Source: an uncultured Prevotella sp. (GTDB lineage Bacteria; Bacteroidota; Bacteroidia; Bacteroidales; Bacteroidaceae). From it: a stretch of DNA of 64,000 nucleotides. Below the pieces are notes generated by a model. That model did not search any database, had not been told where the DNA came from, and was given only the letters and a program-made list of their open reading frames with translations. How positions within the stretch are numbered: position 1 is the first letter of the stretch; each line of letters opens with the position of its first letter. A program made the translations under genes and the position numbers. The stretch covers positions 82,343-146,342 of the forward strand of contig ONQB01000001.1 in the NCBI GenBank assembly GCA_900319905.1, given 5' to 3'. This document shows positions 9,544 to 19,900 of this stretch, in pieces.

Positions 9544-10902
9544 ATGACAGAAGAGAGAGCAAGCTTTGGCAGTAAGTTAGGCATGATATTAGCCACGGCC
9601 GGTGGAGCCGTAGGATTGGGCAATGTATGGCGTTTCCCTTACATGGCCGGTCAGAATGGTGGTGCCGCATTCATCATTGTTTATGTGGGATGCGTGTTGC
9701 TGTTGGGCATTCCCTGTATGATTTCCGAATTTATCATTGGCCGTCACGGTGCCGCCAACACCTATCGCGCCTACTCGCGAGTGGCTCATGGTTCGGCCTG
9801 GCGCTTTGTGGGATTGCTTGGCGTGATTACCGGTTTTCTCATCATGGGTTACTACGGTGTGGTGGCCGGCTGGTGCCTGCAGTATGTCTATGCTTCCATC
9901 ATGGGTCAGCTTGGCGGTGATGCCAGTTTCGTGAAAAACTACTTTGCGTCTTTCTCCACCAATCCTATCCAACCTATCTTCTGGCTGGTGGCCATCATGC
10001 TTGCTACGCATGTCGTCATCATTCATGGCGTGCGGGGAGGCATTGAGAAGGCTTCAAAGATGATGATGCCTACCTTATTTATATTGTTGTTGGTGATTGT
10101 CGTGTCGTCGTGCCTGCTGCCCAACGCCTCCAAGGGTATTGAGTTCCTTTTCAAGCCCGACTTCAGTAAGCTGGATCAAGGTGTCTTTCTTGGTGCCCTG
10201 GGGCAGTCATTCTATTCGCTCAGCATCGCTATGGGCTGTATCTGTACCTATGCCTCTTACTATACGCGGCAAACCAATCTGCTCAACTCTGCCGTGCAAA
10301 TCTCGGTCATCGATACGTTGGTTGCCATCCTTGCCGGCTTGATGATCTTCCCTGCTGCCTTCTCGGTGGGCATCAACCCTGACAGCGGTCCGTCGCTTAT
10401 CTTCATCACGCTTCCCAACGTGTTCAATGAAGTATTCCAGGGCATGCCGGTGTTGGGATGGCTCATCTCCATCATGTTCTATCTGTTGCTCACGCTGGCA
10501 GCCGTCACGTCGCTGATGTCGCTCCATGAGGTCAGCACTGCCTTCTTCTTTGAGGAGCTGCACATCTCCCGCAAGAGCGGCGCGCTCATTGTGACTATCT
10601 CCACGACTCTCATCGGCTGTCTGTGCTCTCTGTCATTGGGTGTGTGGGATAGATTGTCGATTGGCGGCAAATCGTTGTTCGACGTATTCGACTTTGTCAC
10701 TGGACAGATTTTCCTGCCTATAGGCGGTTTCCTCACCTGTATCTTCTTAGGCTGGTGTGTGCCGAAGCAGTTGGTGAAAGACGAGTTTACCAACTGGGGC
10801 ACGGTGAGCCAGCATTTCTTCAAGCCCTATCTCTTTCTGGTGCGCTTCGTGGCCCCCATCGCCATCCTTTGTATCTTCATGCACCAGTTCGGCATCATTT
10901 AA
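9544..10902 (+). CDS. Sodium-dependent transporter, NSS/SNF family (copy 1)
   Basis: GAVGLGNVWRFPY, GIEKASK, ALGQSFYSLS, GPSLIFITLP; multiple TM helices. Confidence 0.92.
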   Translation: MTEERASFGSKLGMILATAGGAVGLGNVWRFPYMAGQNGGAAFIIVYVGCVLLLGIPCMISEFIIGRHGAANTYRAYSRVAHGSAWRFVGLLGVITGFLIMGYYGVVAGWCLQYVYASIMGQLGGDASFVKNYFASFSTNPIQPIFWLVAIMLATHVVIIHGVRGGIEKASKMMMPTLFILLLVIVVSSCLLPNASKGIEFLFKPDFSKLDQGVFLGALGQSFYSLSIAMGCICTYASYYTRQTNLLNSAVQISVIDTLVAILAGLMIFPAAFSVGINPDSGPSLIFITLPNVFNEVFQGMPVLGWLISIMFYLLLTLAAVTSLMSLHEVSTAFFFEELHISRKSGALIVTISTTLIGCLCSLSLGVWDRLSIGGKSLFDVFDFVTGQIFLPIGGFLTCIFLGWCVPKQLVKDEFTNWGTVSQHFFKPYLFLVRFVAPIAILCIFMHQFGII

Positions 10903-10914
10903 ATCATTGTGACT

Positions 10915-12255
10915 ATGGAGCGTGGCAGTTTTGGAACAAAGATAGGCGTTGTGTTGGCTACCGCAGGCTCTGCGGTAGGCCTTGGTAATATCTGGCGTTT
11001 TCCCTATATCACCGGTGAGGACGGTGGCGCCGCCTTTATTGTGGTCTATCTGGTGGCCGTTGCCGTGTTGGGCATTCCCGGCATGGTTGCCGAGTTTGTG
11101 GTGGGTCGTCATGGTGCAGCCAATGCGCCCCGGGCCTATTCGCTGGTCGGCGGCAAGGCATGGAGCATCGTCGGTTACATGGGCGTGCTTACGTCGGTCA
11201 TTATCCTCGGCTTCTATTCCGTCGTTGCTGGCTGGTGCGTGCAGTACCTGTTTGCGTCGTTGCTGGGTCAGCTTAATGGCGATGCAGCTTATGTGAAGAA
11301 TTATTTCCAGCAGTTCTCCACCGACCCCATCAAACCATTGTTGTGGACAATTGTCTTCATCATCCTCACCCATCTTGTAGTGGTTCGTGGCGTGCGGCGT
11401 GGCATCGAGAAGGTGAGCAACGTGCTCATGCCGGTGCTGTTTGTGCTGTTGCTGCTCATCGTGGTGGCTTCATGTATGCTGCCCGATGCCGGTAAGGGCG
11501 TTGTCTTTCTGTTCAAGCCCGACTTCTCTAAGGTTACCCACAGTGTGATGTTCGATGCCCTCGGTCAGGCTTTCTTCTCCTTGTCACTTGGTACGGCATG
11601 TCTCTGCACCTATGCCTCTTACTTCTCGCGTCAGACCAACCTGCTCAAGTCGGCAGGACAGATTGCCGCCATAGATACAATTATCGCTATTCTTGCCGGT
11701 CTGATGATCTTCCCTGCCGCCCTCTCCGTGGGTATCAATCCAGACAGTGGACCCTCGTTGATCTTCATCACGCTGCCCAATGTGTTCCAGCAGGCTTTTC
11801 CGCCGGTGCTTGGCTATTTTGTGGGTGTGCTCTTCTATGTGCTGCTGGCGCTGGCGGCTCTCACGTCCACCATCTCCCAGCATGAGATCGGCACGGCGAT
11901 GTTTTTTGAGCAGATGCATATCTCCCGCCGCAAGGGCGCGCTGATAGAGACTGTGCTGGCCATCGTCATCGGCATCCTCTGCTCACTGTCGTGTGGTGCT
12001 GTCGACCTGGAGATAGCCGGCATGAGCGTGCTGTCGTTCTGCGACTTCCTTACGTCCAATATACTCCTGCCTCTCGGCTCTTTCTTCACTTGTATCCTTG
12101 TGGGATGGGTGGCACCGCAAAAGCTGGTGCGCGACGAGGTGACCAACTGGGGTACGACAAGCCGCGCGCTGTATAAGGTGTGGCTGTTGCTTGTGCGCTA
12201 CGTGTCGCCCGTGAGCATCGCTCTAGTGTTCCTCCATCAACTCAATATTATCTGA
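10915..12255 (+). CDS. Sodium-dependent transporter, NSS/SNF family (copy 2)
   Basis: GSAVGLGNIWRFPY, ALGQAFFSLS, GPSLIFITLP; collinear paralog of copy 1. Start is ATG 10915 or GTG 10909. Confidence 0.92.
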   Translation: MERGSFGTKIGVVLATAGSAVGLGNIWRFPYITGEDGGAAFIVVYLVAVAVLGIPGMVAEFVVGRHGAANAPRAYSLVGGKAWSIVGYMGVLTSVIILGFYSVVAGWCVQYLFASLLGQLNGDAAYVKNYFQQFSTDPIKPLLWTIVFIILTHLVVVRGVRRGIEKVSNVLMPVLFVLLLLIVVASCMLPDAGKGVVFLFKPDFSKVTHSVMFDALGQAFFSLSLGTACLCTYASYFSRQTNLLKSAGQIAAIDTIIAILAGLMIFPAALSVGINPDSGPSLIFITLPNVFQQAFPPVLGYFVGVLFYVLLALAALTSTISQHEIGTAMFFEQMHISRRKGALIETVLAIVIGILCSLSCGAVDLEIAGMSVLSFCDFLTSNILLPLGSFFTCILVGWVAPQKLVRDEVTNWGTTSRALYKVWLLLVRYVSPVSIALVFLHQLNII

Positions 12256-12327
12256 ATGGCATAATAAAATCCGTAGTCGGGCGTTCATCGAATAGACTAT
12301 TACAGACCAACTGAAACCTGATTGTCT

Positions 12328-13233
12328 ATGCGACTGAAAGACTTCTTTTATCTGCGTTTTTCCGACCGTCAGGCACTACTGCTTCTGATGGCTCTCGTTG
12401 CTGTTGTCAGTTTGTTACTGCTGCTCTTTCATTCAGGTGACGAACTTACGTCTCTTGGCGCATCCGACTCCATCCGTGTTGAGCGTCGTGACAGTGTGTG
12501 GTACCGTTCGGGCTATGAGCATCGCCCCATCACCTATGCGGTAGACAATGGCCGTCGCGTGGCGCGGTTTCCTTTCGATCCCAATACCGCCGACTCCACA
12601 GCGCTGTTGCAGTTGGGGCTGGCTCCTTGGCAGGTGCGCAGCATATACCGCTACCGCGCCAAAGGCGGAGTGTTCCGTCAGCCGTCCGACTTCGCCAAAG
12701 TGTATGGACTTACGAAGCAGCAATACCGGGAGCTTGAGCCCTATATAGTAATAGGTGATGCCCATCATCCGGCAGCGGAACTTTTCGAGTCTACCATGTC
12801 TATTGCTCATGACACCGCCCGTCATCACTCTCCCAAGCTTCGTCCCTCCGAACAGATTGATCTCAACACTTCTGACACTACGATGCTCATGCGTGTGCCT
12901 GGCATCGGCAGTTATTTTGCCAGAAGCATCGAGCGCTACCGCCAGCGTTTGGGCGGCTTCTATGATGTGAGGCAGCTGATGGAGATTACTGACTTCCCGC
13001 AAGAGGCTTTGCGATATTTTGAAATTAAGACACCCGTAAACAAACTGCGGGTCAACCAGCTTAGCTTGAATGAGCTGAAGCGACATCCCTACATTAACTT
13101 CTATCAGGCCCGCGACATCGTCAATTACCGGCGTATGCGAGGACCTTTGAAAGACATTCGTGACCTGAAGCTTCTTGAGAATTTCACCGAAGCCGACTTC
13201 GAACGTCTCTGCCATTATCTTAGCTACGAGTAA
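12328..13233 (+). CDS. Helix-hairpin-helix (ComEA-like) DNA-binding membrane protein
   Basis: N-terminal TM; three HhH modules (FDPNTAD...GG.F, IDLNTSD...VPGIGSYFA, LRVNQLS...HPYI). Confidence 0.85.
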   Translation: MRLKDFFYLRFSDRQALLLLMALVAVVSLLLLLFHSGDELTSLGASDSIRVERRDSVWYRSGYEHRPITYAVDNGRRVARFPFDPNTADSTALLQLGLAPWQVRSIYRYRAKGGVFRQPSDFAKVYGLTKQQYRELEPYIVIGDAHHPAAELFESTMSIAHDTARHHSPKLRPSEQIDLNTSDTTMLMRVPGIGSYFARSIERYRQRLGGFYDVRQLMEITDFPQEALRYFEIKTPVNKLRVNQLSLNELKRHPYINFYQARDIVNYRRMRGPLKDIRDLKLLENFTEADFERLCHYLSYE

Positions 13234-13356
13234 TTCGGGGAAGAGGTTGCCAGTTATAATCTCATCGCTACGGCTCTGTACTGTTGTCGTCGCATGTGCT
13301 TAGAATGGTCAGTCTACGCGTTATACGATACCGTCAAATGGCTTAAACGACAAGCT

Positions 13357-13440
13357 GTGGCGACCGCCACACTTGTGCGTGACGACCGCCACACTTGTGC
13401 GTGACGACCGCCTCACTTGTGCGTGGCGACCGCCTCACTT
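13357..13440 (+). repeat. 22-bp tandem array, ~3.8 copies (GTGRCGACCGCCWCACTTGTGC)
   Basis: Units start at 13357, 13379, 13401 and 13423. Confidence 0.9.
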
Positions 13441-13537
13441 TCTTGGATCGGCTGTACTGCCTCGGATTTTCAACGAGGAGGAGAGATGGATGCTTTTGAC
13501 AACACACATTGTCAGGCTGCTTTCATTCGAACGATGC

Positions 13538-13575
13538 AAAAAAAATCCGGCCCCGCACAAGGCAAGGACCGGAAT
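13538..13575 (-). terminator. Intrinsic terminator of tRNA-Phe
   Basis: Minus strand reads TCCGGTCCTTGC-CTTGT-GCGGGGCCGGA followed by a T run. Confidence 0.75.
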
Positions 13576-13591
13576 GAATGAAAGGAGGAAG

Positions 13592-13664
13592 TGGTACCTC
13601 TTGGAGTTGAACCAAGGACACATGGATTTTCAGTCCATTGCTCTACCACCTGAGCTAAGGTACC
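13592..13664 (-). tRNA. tRNA-Phe (GAA)
   Basis: Reverse complement GGTACCTTAGCTCAGGTGGTAGAGCAATGGACTGAAAATCCATGTGTCCTTGGTTCAACTCCAAGAGGTACCA folds as a cloverleaf. Confidence 0.95.
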
Positions 13665-13690
13665 GTGTTGCAATGTTCAAAACTGTTGTT

Positions 13691-13802
13691 TTCTTGATTG
13701 CGAGTGCAAAGGTAGTGCTTTTTTTGAAACCCAACAAATTTTTCCTTAAAAATTTTTCGATGTTTAAGAAAAAAGATGTAACTTTGCACTCGCAATGAAG
13801 AA
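13691..13802. promoter_or_regulatory. Divergent tRNA promoters
   Basis: Minus strand: TTTG(13735-38)-N20-TACCTTTG(13707-14). Plus strand: TAACTTTG(13779-86). Both are followed by CACTCGCAAT. Confidence 0.75.
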
Positions 13803-13860
13803 GCAAAGGGTATTCGCCGCTTTTCAAAAGTTGCACGGCTCTTTTTCTTCATGTGGTTTT

Positions 13861-13936
13861 CGGGATGTAGCGCAGTTGGTAGCGCACTACGTTCGGGACG
13901 TAGGGGTCGCCAGTTCGAGTCCGGTCATCCCGACCA
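13861..13936 (+). tRNA. tRNA-Pro (CGG)
   Basis: CGGGATG/CATCCCG acceptor stem, CTACG-TTCGGGA-CGTAG anticodon arm, TTCGAGT T-loop, encoded CCA. Confidence 0.95.
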
Positions 13937-13941
13937 GAAGA

Positions 13942-13986
13942 AAGGCCAGGTCGTTGATTTGTCAATGACTTGGTCTTTTTTCTTTT
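13942..13986 (+). terminator. Intrinsic terminator after tRNA-Pro
   Basis: aaggccaggtcgttga-tttg-tcaatgacttggtctt followed by a T tract. Confidence 0.75.
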
Positions 13987-14276
13987 CAACATCTTTGGCG
14001 CACCCTATCTGCCCTGTGTTTGAAGAAGGAAGCACAGTAATACCATTATTTCAAAAACAAATAAACCCCCTCGACCGTAACCATTCGGTGAATCACTTTT
14101 GCAATGCAGTCCTTTTAATATTCTCAAATATTCTGTATATCCGTGCTCATCGCGTTAGGTGGTAAAGATCACCATGGCAAAGACAGCCCAAATCTTACAT
14201 ATATTATACGGCATGTTACATTGATGATTGCATATATCATATACGTGTATTATGTATTGGCCCTATTTTTGCCCAT

Positions 14277-14342
14277 TGAAACAAAAACAATACATCATGA
14301 GACTTGCCGACAGAGGACATTCGTTAGGATTTTTTAATTTTG
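14277..14342 (+). promoter_or_regulatory. PUL promoter 1 with putative HTCS direct-repeat operator
   Basis: TGAAAC(14277)-N15-TGAGAC(14298)-N31-TAATTTTG(14335); no canonical -33 TTTG. Confidence 0.7.
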
Positions 14343-14387
14343 CGGCATACTAAAGACTTATAGAACAAGGAAAACCATTTAATTAAC

Positions 14388-16886
14388 ATGACCGTGAAGA
14401 TATTTCATTCTTTCCGTCGGCTTCAGAACGCCACTATGTGGCTGACGTTACTGTTCTTTGTCGTACTGACAGGCTGTTCAGGTTACGATCTTGATGAGAG
14501 ATCTCCTGCGTGGCTGGGAGAGTCGATTTATGACTACTTGGCCCATGATGGTCACTACAACTACACTGTCAGGCTCATCCAAGATCTCAATTATCAGGAT
14601 GTGCTCGGACGTACGGGCAGTAAAACGCTTTTTGTGGCCGATGATGATGCCTGGGACCGTTTCTTCAAGAACAATGTTTTTGGTGCACATTCCTATGAGC
14701 AGCTCTCCCTTTCGCAGAAAAAGATGCTGCTCTTTGGAAGTATGATCAACAACAGCTTCCAGGTGGGTAACCTTTCCAGCACGGAGGGTCCAACAGAAGG
14801 TGACTGCATGCGTCGCCTCTCCTCGCAGACGCTCTACGACTCTGTGCCTGTGCTTACGCCAAGCCAGATGCCGACCTCACACTACTGGGACCGCTACCGC
14901 AAGCAGGGTAACCTCGTGTGTATGGAAGATATGTCAACAGTGCCCATGGTGCATTTCATTGAAGCCTTCCTGAACAATAGCAAGATCACTAACGATGATT
15001 ATAATTTTCTTTATAACAACACCGTCAGCCGCCAGGCAGGCGATGCCAGTGTCAATGGTGTGAAGATAGAGGAGCAAAACATCAAGTGCTCCAATGGTTT
15101 TGTACATAAGATGGCGGAGGTCATCACGCCGCTGCCCAATTTGGCTGAACTCATCCGAAGTAAGTCACAATGCAGTCTCTTCAATCACTTGATGGAACAC
15201 TTCTGTGCACCTTATTATAATAGGGAGGCTACGGAAGGTTACAACCGTCTCTACGGCACGTCGGTCGACTCGGTATTTCAGAAGCGCTTCTTCTCAAAGA
15301 AATCGCAAGGTGGAGAAGAGCTCAACCGTACGCCCGACAATGAAGTGGTGTCAGGACAATTGAAGTTTGACCCCGAATGGAATTCTTATTACTCGGGAGC
15401 GGCTCAGTCCACATCGGCTGCCGTGGCTCTTGAGAAAGACATGGGCGTTATCATGGTGCCCAGCGACCAAGCATTGACAGAGTACTGGGAGCGTGGCGCA
15501 GGCCGTGTGCTCAAGGATCGCTATGGTACCTGGGACAATGTGCCCGACAACGTGCTTGTAGAACTCATCAACAACAACATGCTCAGTTCCTTCGTGGGCT
15601 CCGTACCCAGCAAGTTCTCCAATATCCTCAACGACGCCAACGACGAGATGGGTGTCACACGCGATGCCATCGACAGTGTCTGGCTTGGTTGCAATGGTGC
15701 CGTATACCTCACCAATCGCGTCTATTCGCCTACAGCCTACGTCAGTGTGAGCTTTCCTACGCTGGTCAACGACAATATGAGCGTTGTTCATTGGGGCATC
15801 GAGGACCGGCAATACAATGTCTACCTCAACTCGCTCAACTCTCGTTTCAGTTTCTTCGTTCCCAACAACGAAGCCGTGCTCAACTATGTGGATCCCGTAT
15901 CCTATGGTAAGCCGTCGCTGCAACTCTTCCGCTTCCATTACAACACGCGTCTGAAGACCGTATGGGCCAGCGTGTGGAACTACGATGCCGAAACGGGCAC
16001 TGTCGGTGACTCTATTCGTGAGGCATCGACGGCAGAAGTCAGCAACCGGTTGCTCGACATTCTGCGCACCCATGTTGTGGTAGGCAATGTCGAGGACGGC
16101 AATACCTATTATCGTACCATGGGCGGCACGGAGATACGTGTGGACCACGCCCGCCAGGGAGCCGGGGCAATGACCGTCGCCGGCAGCTTGCAGGTCAACG
16201 AGGGAAGGACAGCGCGTGTCAGCTACATCTATGACCAGAGTGCCATGGGTAATGGTAAAACCTACATTCTCAACGATGAGCCCATCATGACGACACGCCA
16301 TACCGTGCGCGATATCCTGGCTGCCCACAGTGAGTACTCCAAGTTCCTTGAGCTCATGGATGGCAGTGGACTCTTTGAGACCATCCACAACAACAAATAC
16401 GCTTGCGGTGGAACCAATATCAGTCTGTTCAACACCTATCACTATACGGTCTACGTACCTACCAACGAGTCGATAGAGAAACTCCAGAAGCAGGGCAAGC
16501 TGCCTACCTGGACACAGGTCGACAACGAAGAGGGCACACGCCGTACCAAAGACTCGCTCTCTATTGTCAACTTCGTGAAATACCACATCCAGGACAACGC
16601 CGTCTTTATCGGTGGCGGAACGACATCGGCCGATTATGAGACATCGTGCATCAACAACGCTACAGGACGCTTCTACAAGATCAGTGTTCAAGGCAACAAT
16701 GATGGCATCACCCTTCGAGACGTTGTCGGCAACACTCGTCATGTGCTCACATCCAATGCCAGTCTGTACAATCAGCAGGCCCGCGAGTATCAGTATAACA
16801 CGCAGGATGCAATGGATGCTCGCCTCATTGAGACCAGCTCATCGGCCGTCGTTCATCTTATTGATGCACCTCTCATGTATAAATAA
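14388..16886 (+). CDS. Fasciclin (FAS1) domain surface lipoprotein A
   Basis: Lipobox LTGC + SGYDLDE. Several FAS1-like H1/H2 motifs (KTLFVADDDA, CSNGFVH, SFFVPNNEA, YTVYVPTNES, VVHLIDAPL). Confidence 0.8.
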   Translation: MTVKIFHSFRRLQNATMWLTLLFFVVLTGCSGYDLDERSPAWLGESIYDYLAHDGHYNYTVRLIQDLNYQDVLGRTGSKTLFVADDDAWDRFFKNNVFGAHSYEQLSLSQKKMLLFGSMINNSFQVGNLSSTEGPTEGDCMRRLSSQTLYDSVPVLTPSQMPTSHYWDRYRKQGNLVCMEDMSTVPMVHFIEAFLNNSKITNDDYNFLYNNTVSRQAGDASVNGVKIEEQNIKCSNGFVHKMAEVITPLPNLAELIRSKSQCSLFNHLMEHFCAPYYNREATEGYNRLYGTSVDSVFQKRFFSKKSQGGEELNRTPDNEVVSGQLKFDPEWNSYYSGAAQSTSAAVALEKDMGVIMVPSDQALTEYWERGAGRVLKDRYGTWDNVPDNVLVELINNNMLSSFVGSVPSKFSNILNDANDEMGVTRDAIDSVWLGCNGAVYLTNRVYSPTAYVSVSFPTLVNDNMSVVHWGIEDRQYNVYLNSLNSRFSFFVPNNEAVLNYVDPVSYGKPSLQLFRFHYNTRLKTVWASVWNYDAETGTVGDSIREASTAEVSNRLLDILRTHVVVGNVEDGNTYYRTMGGTEIRVDHARQGAGAMTVAGSLQVNEGRTARVSYIYDQSAMGNGKTYILNDEPIMTTRHTVRDILAAHSEYSKFLELMDGSGLFETIHNNKYACGGTNISLFNTYHYTVYVPTNESIEKLQKQGKLPTWTQVDNEEGTRRTKDSLSIVNFVKYHIQDNAVFIGGGTTSADYETSCINNATGRFYKISVQGNNDGITLRDVVGNTRHVLTSNASLYNQQAREYQYNTQDAMDARLIETSSSAVVHLIDAPLMYK

Positions 16887-16917
16887 CCGAAATACCAATG
16901 CCTAAGACAAATCGAAC

Positions 16918-19900
16918 ATGAATCATCTAAATAAGAAATACAACTCTTGGAGCCGCAGACTTCGGACGGCCGCCACGGTGGCTTGTCTGGCAGCCCTCAC
17001 TGCACAGGCTCAAAACGCAGGCGACATCGTTTCGGGCACTGTGACCGACGAACAAGGACCTATCGTAGCTGCCAATGTGGTAGAGGTTGATGCGTCCGAC
17101 CGTATTGTTGCCTATAGCACCACCGACATCAACGGTAACTTCTCCTTCAAGATTGTAAATCCGAAGGACAGGATCCGCGTCTCCTTCGTCGGTTGTAAGA
17201 CAAAGACTTTGCCCATCAAGGGCACTACTTATAACATCGAGCTTCAAAGTGCCACTTCCATTGGTGAGGTGGTGGTGAAAGCCAAGCAGCGTAGTGTCGG
17301 CAGTGGACTGGCTATTCCTATGGATGAAATCTCTACTGCCCAGCAGACCATCAACGCCAACGAGTTCCAAGGGCTCGGCATTACCACCATCGACGAAGCA
17401 CTGCAGGGACGTATCGCCGGACTGGATATCGTGGCCAACTCAGGTAACCTGGGTGCCGGCACAAGCATGCACCTGCGTGGCGTGTCGTCGGTCAATATGT
17501 CGTCCGATCCACTGATCGTTGTCGACGGTAATGTTTGGCAGACCGACCAGAACCTGGACCTTTCGAGTGCCAACGACGAGAAGTTCGCTGAGTTGCTCAA
17601 CATCAACCCCGACGACATCGAGTCCATCTCCGTGCTCAAGGATGCAGCCGCCACTGCCATCTGGGGATCGCAGGGCGCCAATGGTGTTATCGAAATCAAA
17701 ACCAAGCGTGGCGCGCGTGGCCGTACCGAGGTGACCTATTCCTATCGTCTCACCGGTACTTATCAGCCTGAAGGCATGAAAATGCTCTCGGGCGACCAGT
17801 ACACCATGCTGCTTAAGGAGGAGTATTTCAATCCTAAACTGAGCGACGCCTCGAGCAACATACGTGAGATCAACTACGATCCCAGCTTCTCCGAGTATGA
17901 GCAATATAACAACAATACCGACTGGGTGAAAGCCGTCAAGCGCACTGGTTGGCAGCAGAAGCATTATCTATCAGTCTCCGGAGGCGGTGAGAAGGCCAAT
18001 TTCCGCATTGCCCTTGGCTATGATAAGGAAACCGGTAGTATCATCGAACAGCGTCTCGACCGTTTCACGGCACGTGTCTCTCTCGATTATTTCGTGAGCA
18101 ACCGCATTAAGATCAGTACCAATTTGCTCACCACTATCACCAAAAACAAGAGAAACTACCAGGACCTGCTGGCCATCTCCTATATTCGTATGCCTAACTT
18201 GTCAATCTACGAGCAAGATGCGGAGGGACATGACACTAATAACTACTACAACATGTTGCCCACCGTGTCGGGCGAGCTCCAAGACCAACTGAGACAGTAC
18301 AACCCGGTAGCCTTGGCCCATTTGGCAAAGAACAGGGCACGCAGTTACAACATTGAACCCGAGTTTAAGATCAACTACGAGTTGTTGGGCACCGGTGAGG
18401 GACAGACACGTCTCTCCTACGAGGGAAAGATAGTGTTCAACATCTTCAACAATTATACTGATACCTTCCTCCCCTCCAGTCTTGTTGCAACAGGATGGAC
18501 ATCGTCGTCGGCCAACCGAACGACCTACAATTCGTCCAAGAGCCTGGGAATCACTACCACCCACACGTTGACCTTCGTGCCGTCATTCCGCAACAAGGAC
18601 CACTCACTCATGATGATGGCCCGTGCGCAAATGGTGAAGGGTACTTCCAACGCCCAGAGCACGGGCGAGTATGGCCTTCCTACTGGAACCATCCAGGGCT
18701 CAGGGGCTGAAGGTATCATCAACTCCTTTGGCACCTCGTCCAATGAGTGGCGATCCATTTACTTCACCTTCTCGGCCCACTATGCCTACAAGGGTCGCTA
18801 CATGGCCGACTTCTCCGTGCGCCGTGACGGTTCTACCCGTTTTGGTGAAAACCAGCGTTGGGGTAACTTCCCCGCTTTCTCCGTACGATGGAATGTGAGT
18901 CGTGAGCCTTGGTTTAAGAAAGGACTGCCATGGGTGAGCATGCTGTCCTTGCGCCCGGGATTTGGTATCGTAGGTAACCAGCCGGGAGGAGATTTTCTCT
19001 ACCTCAGTAAGTACTCCAATGGTAATGGCTATCTCGGCTCAGGCTCGGTATATCCTCAGAACATCCAGCTGAAAAATCTGAAGTGGGAAGAGAAGACTAC
19101 CTATAACCTGGGTATCGACTACGGTTTCTTCAATGATATCATCACCGGCGACTTTGAGGTGTATCAGCAAAACACCAAGGACCTGCTGATGCTCAACCGT
19201 GGTATTCCTACATCCTCCGGCTTCACAAGCTTCGCCTACCAGAACGTGGGCAGCATGCGCAACACCGGATGGGAGTTCAACCTCAATGCCAACCGCTTTA
19301 TCAAAGCCGGAAAACTGTCGTTTGACGCCAACATCACCATTGCCAACAATAAGAACCGCATCACCTCGATGGACGAAACGGTGCTTAAGGGACTCAACTC
19401 TGAGTTTAACCATAGCAACGGCTCTTATCTCACGCGTGTGGAAATCAACAAGCCTTTCGGCGGCATCTATGGCTTCCGTTACAAGGGCGTCTATGCTTAC
19501 TCCGAGTATAGCGAGCAGGAGGTCAAGGGCATCAGCGGCCCTAATGCTCCTGTGGTGCGCGATGCCAACGGACAGGTGGTGCTCGATGAGCGCGGCAGAA
19601 CCAAACCCATGTACTTCAGCTATGGCGCCAGCTCGCAATATGAGTTTAAGGGTGGTGATGCTATCTACGAAGATGTCAACCACGATGGCAACATCAATGA
19701 ACTCGATATTGTATACCTTGGTTCCTCACTGCCTAAGCTGACCGGTGGATTCGGCTTCAAGGTACACTATGGCAACTGGACGCTGAACAGTCAGTTCAAC
19801 TTCCGTTATGGCAATAAGATTATCAACCGCGCCCGCATGCTTGCTGAGAATATGTACAGCAACAACAACCAGAGCCGGGCGGTAGACTGGCGCTGGCGTG

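Noticed and set aside
13357-13440. Possible CRISPR array (also 3730-3817 and 36090-36180)
   Set aside because: Units are head-to-tail with no unique spacers, and there are no cas genes in the window.
13373-14337. Small ORFs around the tRNAs
   Set aside because: They overlap tRNAs, promoters and repeats; no coding signal.
15351-16742. 463-aa antisense ORF and similar long shadow ORFs (2706-3755, 27412-28404, 51096-52076, 54042-55259)
   Set aside because: They lie fully opposite well-supported genes, have no motifs, and are expected from codon bias on the coding strand.
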